Below, one piece after another: positions 25,399 to 37,744 of a stretch of 64,000 nt of DNA. The translations under genes and the position numbers were made by a program. A model generated the notes under the pieces. The model ran no database searches. It was not told where the DNA came from and was given only the letters and a program-made list of their open reading frames with translations. The stretch comes from Minutocellus sp. GHC0000111 (taxonomy: Eukaryota), in contig OZ361257.1 of the NCBI GenBank assembly GCA_977018835.1, positions 5,208,001 to 5,272,000 on the forward strand, read 5' to 3'. Position 1 is the first letter of the stretch; each line of letters begins with the position of its first letter.

Positions 25399-28212
25399 TA
25401 GTAGGGATCCAAGTAGCACTGGAGAGATGGCCAACAAACTCAACCCTCCTCCCCGATGGCCTGGCTCTGAAACAGGTGCCATTGACACCGCTGACCTCTG
25501 TGACACTCTCTGTGCTGATGAACCCCTGAGCGAGTCCCCCCGGTTGGCCTGCTGCAGGTGTGCCTGCACTTGACTAGAAGGCGTCAAGACAAGTCACGAT
25601 GGAAGTTGTCGCTGCGCTGTGTGCCACACCAAGGAGCGCTGGGGACACGCCTAAAGAGTCCCCCTGCACACTCAGGCACCCTCCTGCCACTGTAAAAAAG
25701 ACCGGTCCTGACAGCCACACAGTGAGGCTGTCAACAAAAGGACAACAAGGCCCCAGACGCCACCACGTTTCCTGCTTGCTGCACGCGAACCCCCATGTTG
25801 CCAAGCAAGACCTGCCAACAACAACTGCTTCAGGCCTCTTGTGCGACACCCTCCTGCAGGCTCTGTTAGGGTTAGTCTGCCAGGTGGTTTTGTGGACTGC
25901 AGAGCTTGGCTTCAGCCACGTCCTTGTTTTTCTTGCACCCAGTGTGTGTGCACCAACTGGTGCGGCAGGCAGTGGCTGGCTGCTCACCCCTTTGGACTCT
26001 GCTGCTGCTGCTTGCTTGCTAGGTAGGTGGGTGACTGACCCAAAAAGGGCAGCTCCAAAAGCCAAAAAAGCTTTTGTTGCACACTAACTGACTGTGGAAC
26101 CTGGGACCAACAACAAGGAAGGCAGTCTTTTTTTAGCAGAGACACCTCAGTGTGCCAGGTTTGGCCTCTGAACAATGGCTTTTGAATGAAGCCTTGGGCC
26201 TCTCAAAAACAACCAAAGCAGCTGTGGTCTTCTTGCCCCAGGCTCCCAGCAGCAGCAGAGCTGCCTCCTGTGTGTTGTTGGTTGTTGTTCCTAACCCTAA
26301 CAGGCCTCCACTGGCACTGACTGGCAGCTCTTGCTGCTGGCTGGGGCAGGGGCGCTTTCTGAACATTCCCTGCCCCCTTTCACACACACACTGCTACTCA
26401 CTGCTGAAGAAAAGAGAGTGCATTTGGCACTTGAGCTGTGACCACAAAAAGTCTAGCACCTCTGCTTCACCAGGTTTTGCTGCTGCCTGCCTGGCCTGAA
26501 TTCAGTCATGAGAGCAGTGCCAGCCACAAAAGGCAACTCAATTCATTGCACTGCAAAGAGTGAATGGAGCATGTGGTCATCGGGTGAGAAACATCCTGAA
26601 ACACATGCATAAGAACAATTCATTCATTGTGCGGCAAAGAGTGAACAAGACGAGGGCAACACCGGGGCGTTAAAAATGGACTGTCCTGGTCTCTCAACGG
26701 TTTGCTCTGACCTCTCAAGCTGGTCTGTCCTGATCTCTCAGCTGGTCTGTCCTGATCTCTAAAAAATCCACATTAAAAAAGGAGAACGGACGAACAGTTG
26801 CTTAAGCGCGCGGAAGATCGGGACACAGCCCCGATGACGTTTTATCTAATTTTACGAAAGGCGAAACACATGCAAGAGAGGAGCACTGTGTGGCCAGCTT
26901 TCCTACGCAATTTCAGAGGGAACTCCATCTAATCTGTTGTGTGTTGGCAGATCACCCACTGGAACAAGCGACTATCAGGAGCGGACATGCCACATATGTG
27001 TTTCGCCGTTCACTCTTTGCAATACGATGAATTGACATCTCATACCTCTCCTGCCATTCTTACACGTCGGTACAAATAACCGTTTCGTGTACATTTTTAC
27101 CAGAGATGAACTATCCGCTAATCAGTGCTTGTTTCCTTCAAGTCGAAATCAGATGCTTCTCCAAGTCTCTGTAGGAGACAGCCTCTTCAGCCAGCGAGCA
27201 GAGGCCAAGGCAATATGCTGTCAGTTGATACAGTTGATACATTTCGATTGCTTGGTGCTACTGCCAGGTGACAAGGTTTGTCTCCCAAGACCAGCATGAA
27301 ATGCAAGGAAACTTAGAGCGTGGGACATAGCAATCCAATTCGATTTGCCTTCAATCCCAATACGCCCGATGGTCCGTAATGAGCCGTGTGGGATGAGATC
27401 GACAAAGGCGGCACTGGCCATACAGGAGCGAATTATGGATACCTCGCCGAACGGGCAATGCACTCCGCCCACAGAGGAGGGAGGGATTTGCCGACCCCGT
27501 CCACTGGTTGTGTCACCGCCGATGCGTTTGTCCCCAACGACGCTGGGTGGCCAGAAGCATTTGAGGATGCTTATGCGGTGAGTGCAGAGGATGTGTCACC
27601 CTTTGACTTCTCCCTTTGGAGCCTTTCTAGATTCGCCCCATTGGTTTTATGCTCCTCTTTGCATGTGCTATCCAACTCTTTGCATTATAGTAGTAGACGA
27701 ATAGCTACGTACAAATTAGACGCAGGTTGCTATTCGGCTTGTTTGCCTTTCTTGCTTTTTTTGCTGCTTTCCTTAGTTTACTTACTTTTCTGATACTTTT
27801 TTGGTTCTTTTTTGTTAGAGCAGCCATTTTGCATGGATGGACTAGGCCTCTCTACTACGTACGTAGCTAGGAATTCTAGAGCCTGATTGGTGGTTGAGTC
27901 CAGAATCATCACACATATTCTATTTTATTCTGAAAAAGGCAAAACACGTGTGCAGCGTTGGAAGGAAGCAAAGTGCGTTTGATTCATCTTGTCCGTCTGA
28001 CCTTCTCTGGAGTGGTTAGGTTAGCCTGTCTCTCCTCTCGCTTCTTGTGTTTTTTTAGATTGTTTTAGACTCTCTGTGCTCGTGAAGGAACAACTTAGCC
28101 ACACTAGAGTAGAGAACTTTCAGAGACAAGCATCAAAACGATCAACTTGATGAGGAGTGGTGCTTGTTGTCGCGTGTGGTGTGGCTCTCTGTCTAGCTAC
28201 GTGTTAGACTTT

Positions 28213-28717
<505 letters not shown>

Positions 28718-29611
28718 GTTGAGAGAGAGAGAGAGAGCCTGTGAAGCACTCTAGCACTGATGAAGGCATGCTGAAAAAGCCAAAAAGCCAGGAGGAAGGG
28801 TCAGGACTAGCTAGGGGGGCCAGACTACAGAGTCCCGCAGAGTCAGCACCAGTGGTGGGCAAAGAGAAAGTTGGTGGGAAGCAAGGCAGCACACGCACAG
28901 TCTGTTTTCACCTGTGAGCACCTTTCTTTGCAGGCGTGCCCGTCCTTTCTTCTCTTCCTGGAAGGGAAAGGACAGTGCCAAGGCGTGCCTTTCTGTTCGA
29001 TGTAGGTGTGGGCATGCGTAAAGTTAGTTTGAAATTGGTTGGTCTCAGCGCTCCGAGAGCTCCGATGGCATTCCGAGCCAGCCTGTGACTTGCACGACTG
29101 ACTGACTGACCAGCTGGAAAAAGATGACCAACTGCCACTGCCGCCGCTCCCTGCTGCGGTACCGCTTTGAGCAGGACGGCTGACACCCCACCATAATTGG
29201 TCCATGCCGTCCCCAGTGTGCGTTGACTGGAGCTTTGTTCTTGCCACCTGAGTGACTTGCTTTTGATCTCACCAAGGCAGAAGTCATTGTTTTGGGCAAG
29301 GAAATGGATTTCCTCAACCGCAATGGGCAATCAGCAATCGCAACAGCTTGAAAATCTCCAATTTTTGTCTGATTTCACTCCTAGCTAGCCCTAACCCTAG
29401 GTCTAGCTAGAGCTGTGCATGGCAGACACAGCTGTCTGCAACAACAACCCTTGGGCAAATTGCTTCACGGTTTGTGCCCTTGGGATTTCGGCCATGCATG
29501 TAGATCTAATCTAACAAACATCCTGCAAGCCAAAAATGTTGAATGCATTGCCGCAAGAATTTTTTGTTAGACTTACTGTGGTGATTTTGCTAGCTAGATC
29601 TAGCTGCCTGC

Positions 29612-32600
29612 TCAATTTGCCATGTGCAGGACCACATCTGTTGGTGTTGCTGAGTGGCACAAGTAGTGAGCCTCACTCCTCTTCGTGTGAAACGTTATTG
29701 ACTCTTGCTCAATGTCATTGGTATTTTTGGCAGCTGCTGCTGCAGCTTGTCTGTTGGAACTGATTTGAATTTTTGAGCTGATCTTGCTCTTGAGTTTGCT
29801 AATTTTGAGTGATGAGGAGCTTTGGGGAAAAGGTGCCTTTGCCACCCCAAGGGACATCTTCAAGCTAGAAGGAGCTGGAGAAGACTTCTTTGCTTGGCCA
29901 AGTGCATCACTGATGCGCTTCAATGATGTAGAAGGGGCAGTCTCGTTGCTGTCTCCATCTGCACTACTACTTCCACCACCAACATGTGTAGAGTGATTCC
30001 ACGAGACCGCCGACAAAATCGCCGTAAATAGTAAGGCACTAGGAAATTTTTTTGTGCGATACTTTATGCAGCGCAAAAATGAACCCACTAAATGGCCTCT
30101 CTCAACACGGCGAAAGCAAGGAGAATTCATCTCCACAAGAAGGCCACCAAATGATGGTATAACGATAAATAACTCCAAGCCAACCGATGTATACGCCAAC
30201 TACATGCGTTAGGTGAGTATTGCATGCTTGAAAGCAAACTCATTCGTACATCATGTGCTATTTTAGCAACATCTCCTCATGCCCAGAAATTTTCAATATT
30301 TTTTTACCCTCAAAATGGCAAAGAATGATGGCTGATGCTTGTCTACATCCATTTCAATCCTCCCTGACCGGCATTACTTTCACTTGGGTAATATTGGGAG
30401 CAAGTTTGCGCCAGAGGGTCGATATTGGGCCCCATCTTTGTATCATTGTGGCCGTCACCATGGAAAGCAAAAACATCTGAAAGTAGCAAATCCCCAACTA
30501 CAACCCCCTTCAAGCCTCAACCACTGTTCCTTCACGCAATATCAGCACGCACGATGCTCATTCTATATTACATCCATCGATCTCACGTGTTGGTTTGGCC
30601 GCTTTCTCCGGTTTCGTTCCTCTCGGGCGGCAGAAGCAATGAAGGTGAAATCTGGTGCCGACATCAGACACGGGACTTTGGGAATAGTTTTCTCTATGAA
30701 TTGTCAAGAAATGCCACCACCCCCCACTCAAATGCGCTTGGTATATATATGGGTGAAGCGTCGACGGCTCAGTGCAACGGAAGTGGTGCATGGACCGCAT
30801 AAAAGCATCCGGACCAACTTTCGGATGGGTGGTGTAATGGGGGTGGTAATGGCGCTGGGCCACATTTCGCGGTACAGGCACGCACCGACGCACCGCTATC
30901 GCCCAAAAATCCCTTCCAGTAATATTCAGGAAGGCATCTAGGTGGTCAGAGTGTATGCGATGGCCGGGGTGGTGCTGTACATCGGGCGAACATGGTCGTG
31001 ATGGAACGTCGGAAACTGTCGAAAAAATCGGGTCTAACGCGAACGAATTTTTCAAGGCTCAAAAAAGTAATTGCAAGTCTCCTGCTGCACCACAGTGTTG
31101 TGAAAGGCTATTACAAGGGTATGGTGCCCCGTAGTCTTGATTGTTCTCAATGGGAGGCACGTCGGCGACACATGTTGTGGCCCCATTCGTTGAACGAAAT
31201 GGGTTTTGTTTCGTTATAAAGTTCGATGTATTTTTTCTTTCTTGAAACAGCACAAGTGTATTCTACGACATAAAAATAAATTTTCAAACAATAGTGTACC
31301 AAAAGAAACACTCTAATACCGTATCTATATCATGTGCTAAAAGAGCACCAAGATCATTGTACCAACTTCCTTTTATTGTTGATTATGGTCTACAACACAC
31401 TTCTGAGTAAGGATCATCAATAAAAGGAAGTTGGTACAATGTTTACGAAACATCGCGGAGGGGGTGTCTGCTCTCTCGTGAAATCACTCTGTAGCATTCA
31501 CTGATGATGAAAATGATGAAAAACGAATCTTCATTGCAGCAGCAACATTGGTTCGGGTGGACCTTTCAATTTCGTCATTTTCATCCTTCTTCTCGTCAAC
31601 AAGGTCTGTGCTGCATGCTTTGCCATCAGATTCATCAGCCTCCCCATTTTCTTCGGTGCATGCTACCAGTGCCAGCCCATCCTTGCCACTGCCGCCAAGA
31701 CTGAATTTAGTTGACAATGCAGAAGTAGCATTCATGTATCTTTTTTTCAATCGCCTCTTCGCTCTTTGTTAAAACAGTCACTACGATGGGAAGAAAAGAG
31801 AAAGGAAAACTCATGTGAGTACCCCAGCTTCATGTCATTGGCCAAAGCTAAGTTGCAAGCTGGGACTCATACATGTAGCAAAGTTCCACTTGATCACAAT
31901 GATCACAATGTTCCGTACTTGAGTTGTCAAGGAAATCCTGTATTCGATCAGCTTTTGAAGCATTTTTGGTCCATTCCAACTTAGCCAATTTAGATTCTCT
32001 TGGGTCGTAGTTGACAAGAACTGATGATGGTGTGAGAGGGTCAGAATCAGGATCGGAGTCAGTCGAGTGCCTTGATATGTAAGCGTGTGCTGCTGCAAAT
32101 CCGCCATCTGTATTTTATTGCGTATTCAAAGTAGGAGATGACAACACACAAAATAGGGATTTTGAACAGAAAAATAATTTTAGCCTCAAGGAAGATGCGG
32201 GAAAATCAATATTGTGGGAAATTTCGCAAGGAAGATGCGGAAAAATCAACAAACCTTCTGCAGCACAACAATTCCTCACCTAGGATCGACACGAACGGAT
32301 ATCCTCTTTTGATGAAGAAATGCGCACAATTCTGCGTGCGTTCATGATCCTCTCTCGCGAGATGGCTCTCATTCCGTGACAATTGGTGATGATATAGCTG
32401 CGGGAAAGCGCTAAAGCCTTCGCCCATAACGACGATATGGACCGCTCCTCGGAGCTTCTCGAAGAGTGCTTCGAGTGTTTCCAGCTTATCGACGTCAGTA
32501 AGTGAAGGCGCGGAGACACTGGTCGCGAACCTGCCCTCGTTCTGTGACATCTCTGGTCGACAATCGACGAGGATGAATTTCAAGTCTTTTGAAGTACTCC

Positions 32601-35600
32601 TTCCACAGATAATTGGGATGACCTCACTGGCCTTGACTTCGACGGCAACACCGATATCTGAGACATGATAACTGTCATCTGGTTTCTTCTGATCTCCGTC
32701 TCCTCGATTCTTCTGCCTCTGGGCAGCGGACTCCATCTTCTGTGCGATCTTTGCCTTCTGGTCCTTCATTGAGCTAAGAAGCTTGCTTGTTGACGTACTG
32801 AGTTGCGGATTGACACATATTGTGGGAAGAAAGCCTGCACCGCCATACTTTCTTCGTAAATTAGAATCCAAGACATCGTATCTGCCTTCATACCTAATGT
32901 AAATGAAGAGGGTCGCACCGAATGAATGGGATTTGATTGGATTAGGTTGTAAAACACACAAACAACCCAAGAATCAAGATTACAATCATAGCAATGAACA
33001 AACACATGGAGACTTACACTTCGAGGATGCGATCCACGGAATCTACCTTATCTGGAGCTTGCCTGCGGTAATACTGAGTCAGCCTGGTCTTCAACAGGGC
33101 TCGCTTGGCATCATCTTGGCGTTGCTTGCGCTTCTCTCTTGCCTCTGCTAACACTTTTGCCTTTTGACTAGCCTCGGCGAGCTCCCTGCGACGCGTCAAT
33201 GCAGTACCGACGACGGCTACTTCAGCACTGCTAAGATCTTTGACAACAGATTTGGGCGTACTCTGCTCCAAAAGCATTGACATTTCGATCCATTTCTTGA
33301 CTTTCATCTCTGTTGCATTTGCATTGGAGGATTCATCTCCTTGCCCACCGTCTTGCGACGTGTTTTCATTCTTGACGCAAAAAGTTAGTAGGTTGTAGAG
33401 CTGACAGCCTAGCTCTTTCCCTTGGAGCATTAGCAATTCATCCGAACTAGCCTCCAAGATCGCTAATGCGAGGAAGAATATGAAGGAGGAGTCACCACTA
33501 GCCAAAAAGGAATCCCAAAGTAGTACGCTCTGGTATAAATCCAGGTTCTCTATTCCAGGTATTCCCACACAGTGGGTAACGAACCAAGATGTTGGAATAT
33601 AACCCTTGTGGCAATGGTGTCTACCGCTTGCTTTGAATTCAAGAACGCTGTCCGAGCTCTTACCGGTACTAGTATCAGTAGTTGGATGCATCTCCTCCCT
33701 TGCATCCACGCTGCCGCCAACGTTATTTGGATCTGTGATATCTGGCGGCTTTGACGCTGGCATCCACCAAGATGGGCAGTGCCTGTCGAGATGAGTAACG
33801 AGCAGCGGAAGGTGGTACGTAGCTAGGCAATAAAGCTTGGAATGCAATGCACAAATCGCGGAGTTTCTCTCGGACTGATGCGGTCCTTTCGGCTTGATGA
33901 TGGCCTCTTGGTCACTCATATCAACTTCGTCTTCTGGAGGGAATGGAGTATCATCAAGGCCCATAAGAGGTAGGGTCGAGGAAAAGAGTCTCGTCAAGAC
34001 AACAGAAGCAACCGGCGGAGGTAATGGCGCTGCGAGCAGGACAGCGACGACCCCAGCTATATATGAATCATACTGCGTAGTCTTCTTCGTTGTCCACTGA
34101 TCTTCAGAGGATCCCTTTTCTGCTGTCGCTGCGTATTGTGCCATGGAACGATGATGGAAGAGGACAATAGAGCACAGATTTCTCTCAAAACTGTCTCTGC
34201 CCTCGAACCGCATCCTATTTATTTCACGAGCCAGTTGCTTGCTCTCACATCGAACTTTCCTTAGCAAAGACAAGTCCAGAATCCCTGAGTGTAAATCAAG
34301 CTGTAAAACATCATGCGAAGGCGCCGGGTCATTCATTATTTCCGCATCGTTCTTACTGCTCAAAAGATCATCGAGAGTAACTAAGTTGAACGATTCGTCC
34401 CAGGCTGTGAAACCATCGACGAGAGACCCACTCGCTACGTCTCCCATTGTCTTGCCCGTAAAAAGATTAACCCAGAGATAAGCACGATCAGTATCTGCGA
34501 TGGTCCAGCCTGCTGCACGCATGGTCTTTTCTTGCTCATCCTTGAACAAATCTGCAATTAGAGATGGCGTTGACTTGGTCGATCGGACCGCCTCGGCAAG
34601 CGTCTCAAACTTAGGCGGTGCAGATATTTTGGGCGGAGACAAAGTCTTCGGGTTTGACGTCGCCGCCACCGCTGCTGCTGCTGCTGCTCCTGTACGGTCG
34701 CTCACCTCTTTGGCACCCGTTGCGACTGTACTTTCAGTGTTATTGCTCTCGCTCCCCCCGGTTGATGCCGCTGCCTTTGCCTTGATAGAATTGAGAATTG
34801 ATCCCATCCGGGTACTCCCCCCCTCTTCCTTCCCCGTATCAACCATTCCTCTGGTACTACTAGTACTCTCGCACTCAGAGGAAGGTGGCGCCGGCCCCTC
34901 CATTCCTCCTTGTGCACGATCTTTCCGCCTCAGCGGAATGGAGAGTTTCGATGGAATCGTGAGATTTGGCAGGCGAACCGACGAAGTATTTCCAGTCATG
35001 ATGGCAGCTCTGGGGAGTAAAGTTCTTTTGGCGGTATCTGAACCTTCGTTCTTAGCATTTGCAGTGTCGGTAGTATTGCTCAAAGTTTTGTCTGCAGCTG
35101 CCTCCTCGGTCGCTGTCTGAGATTCAGCCTTCTTTTCCTTTCCTTGTTTCGCCTTTTCCCCGGGCATTTCTCCTTCTGTTGGAGTGACGCCCAAGATATC
35201 CTTTTCAAAGTTGAAGGCGCCGTCGTCTTCAGTTTGGTTTAGATCTTCTGACTGAAGCCGCTGGCGAGTTCTGCTGATTCCACCCGCAGCTTCTTCAGTT
35301 GGAGATAATGCCATCGGGGAGGTCGCGGACTCCACAGAGGCAAAAGCACCAAAGTCGTCGTCGTCGTCGTTTTCATCACCAACATAATCTTTGCCTTTGT
35401 TCGCATTGTTATCCTTCACCGAAGGGGCGTAGTTCGTTGGAATGGACGAATTCGTGTGCAGTGCGTCAGAAGATGGAGAATGATCAACGGTTAATGATGG
35501 AACGACGCTCCCAACTTGTTCAGCTTCGGTGTTGTCGCTATCTTCTAGAAAGTTTAACATTTCTTGTGTATCGGCATCGTGAGTATGAACATCGTCGTGG

Positions 35601-36373
35601 AGAAGGGTCGCATCCGATGAAGTCGTCGTGGGAGGAGCTTTTTCCTCGGGGGTGGGCGCATGCTTGAGTGACGACGCCGACGACGTATTGTTGCTTTTCG
35701 ACAAGACTGATTCTTTCGACACAGTCGCATCCATAGAAGGTACTGTGTCGGTCAAGGAAACCGCGAGTTTTTCTCCGATTGACGGGAACTCTTCGTTCAT
35801 GTTCATGTTGACCTCTTCCGCCGACGCAACGAGTGGTATTTTATCAGCTGCTGGTTCCAATGTGGACGGAACTGAAGCGTCGTTAGCAGCCCCACCTGAC
35901 GCCGCTGAGGCTGCTGCAGTCAAATCTCCTCGTGATTTTCCCTGTGCCGCCATGTTACTTCGATCGACGACGGTGGTTTGAGCGGAGTCTACATGCATGC
36001 TCGTTGCTGGCGATGCCGCCGCCGCGATCGTCGCCACCTCCGCCGTATTCGCAGACGCTGGAGCAACGCTAGCGTCCGCTGTGAGCAAGTCGAATTCGGC
36101 CTCAATGTCATCCATTGCTACAGTCCCAGCCGCTTTCGCAGCCCTGTTGCTGTCAGGCAGGGGTGGAGAGTCAAAAACATCGAGGAACGAGTCGTCCGTG
36201 TCGGTCACTGCGGCCGTAGTTGCGTTTTCCGTGCCAAACATATCATCGAGAAAGTCGTCATCTGAAGTTGCCTTATTGGTTGCATCTGAATCGACGGCGT
36301 TGGCATTTGGTGCCTCCGTCTTGGCCGGGGATGAGAAGGAGAAGAGGTCATCGAACTCGTCGTCCGAGGACAT
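29612..36373 (-). pseudogene. TBC1D23-like protein (TBC-like + rhodanese-like domains); last exon interrupted by a transposon
   Basis: LATYHLPLLVTHLD, SWFVT, LLWDSFL (TBC-like); FILVDCRPE, GYPFVSIL|DGGFAA (rhodanese-like). Introns 32894-33017, 32108-32279 and probably about 31781-31920. Removing the element plus one TSD restores SSVNAT-HVGGG in frame. 3' end uncertain. Confidence 0.75.
29991..31489. mobile_element. Non-autonomous DNA transposon, 1499 bp, copy 2, TSD TGTA
   Basis: tgta|gagtgattccacgaga ... tctcgtgaaatcactc|tgta; only a few substitutions versus copy 1. Confidence 0.95.
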
Positions 36374-36918
36374 GGTGGCAAATTATCTACTACCGTAAAT
36401 TGATCCAGCTGCTTGTACAAGAGCGAGCTGTCCTGTTGGTCGTGCTCTCCAGCGGTCAGCAGCACCACACGTGGGTCACAGAGGGGCTTACTTCTAGTAC
36501 AGCTACTGTCGCGACGTAGCGTAGCTGGATGCGCAAGCAATGAGTGAGCGAGTGTGCTAGCTAGTCTAGTCTAGCTAGTCAACACTTTGTCAACGTAGCT
36601 TGTCAGGCCCCATAGCCGCGTCATTGTAGAGGATAAAGCAGTCGCAGAAACGAACATGAAATCAGAAAGAGGTGCCGTGTACTTTACCGATACGTACATG
36701 TACATGTACGTACCTAGGCCTACGTAGCTAGCTAGTGGCTGTCATCGTCGCGTCGCGTCGCGTCGGGGGTCGGGGGGTCGGGGGCGTTCGCTTCACCGGG
36801 CAAAATAAAAAACCTCGCCCTGCCGATACCGATACATCTGTGTAGCTCCGCCCACACGGAACTCCACAAGCAACAAGCACGTAGATTGTTTCTCAAAGGC
36901 CGGTCGGGTCCGCGTGCG

Positions 36919-37404
36919 ATGCGCAGTGTCCTTCTCGTATGGGCTCTCAGCATTAGCCTCAACTTTGTCGCTTGCGCCGCCAAACGAAGCCGCAGTGTCA
37001 AGAACAAGCGTCAGATGAACCAAAGATTCTTCGAGATCAGGCGAAGCTGTGAGAATAATGCTCCCTCTGTCGATGCTGCTGCCGCCGCAGCCGAAGCAGC
37101 AACTGTGAATCACCGCCAAGCTGATCCCTCCACTGGCCAGTTGCAGAGCGCTCGCCCAATGCAGCAGCCCAAGCAACAACCGGATGGCTGCGCACACCTC
37201 ATATTTGAAGAATCAGCTGGCTGCATAACTGCGTGCATATCACCTGAATGCCACAAACAAATCTACTCCAACCCGCTGGAAGTGGGCGAGATTGATTTGA
37301 TAAGGCACGCGCAGTTCGAACTCTGCGCAAAAAGGGCTCTAAAAGAGCGCCGAAGAATAGAGCGGATCGAGAAGAGGAAGGCTTCTTCGGCTGGCTACAT
37401 GTAG
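36919..37404 (+). CDS. Small secreted Cys-containing protein, DUF4787-like
   Basis: Signal peptide MRSVLLVWALSISLNFVACA; motif CISPECH..IY..PLEVGEID..R...F..C. Confidence 0.7.
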   Translation: MRSVLLVWALSISLNFVACAAKRSRSVKNKRQMNQRFFEIRRSCENNAPSVDAAAAAAEAATVNHRQADPSTGQLQSARPMQQPKQQPDGCAHLIFEESAGCITACISPECHKQIYSNPLEVGEIDLIRHAQFELCAKRALKERRRIERIEKRKASSAGYM

Positions 37405-37744
37405 AAAAGTATCCATCTCTTGCACTTTGCTCTATCTAGCTAGCAAGAGTTACTGTGGGTAGAGTCGAGTCAACTTTCCATGTAATTATTGTGGGGCACG
37501 CTACATACATGCACTTACCGGTACGGCAGGATAGTGTCGGTAGCGGTGGATTTCATGCACCGTGCGATTTCGATGGTCATTTCACCGAAGTCTTACTAGA
37601 CCAGAGTACTAGCGGCATTCTTTGCTGATTTATAATATATTATCTCTTAATACAATTTACGAGAAGGATCGCAAAAGAGCGTCTGTGTTACCATCATATT
37701 TCACGGCAATTTCACGGCAACTTCTCTCCCCCCAATAATTCTTT

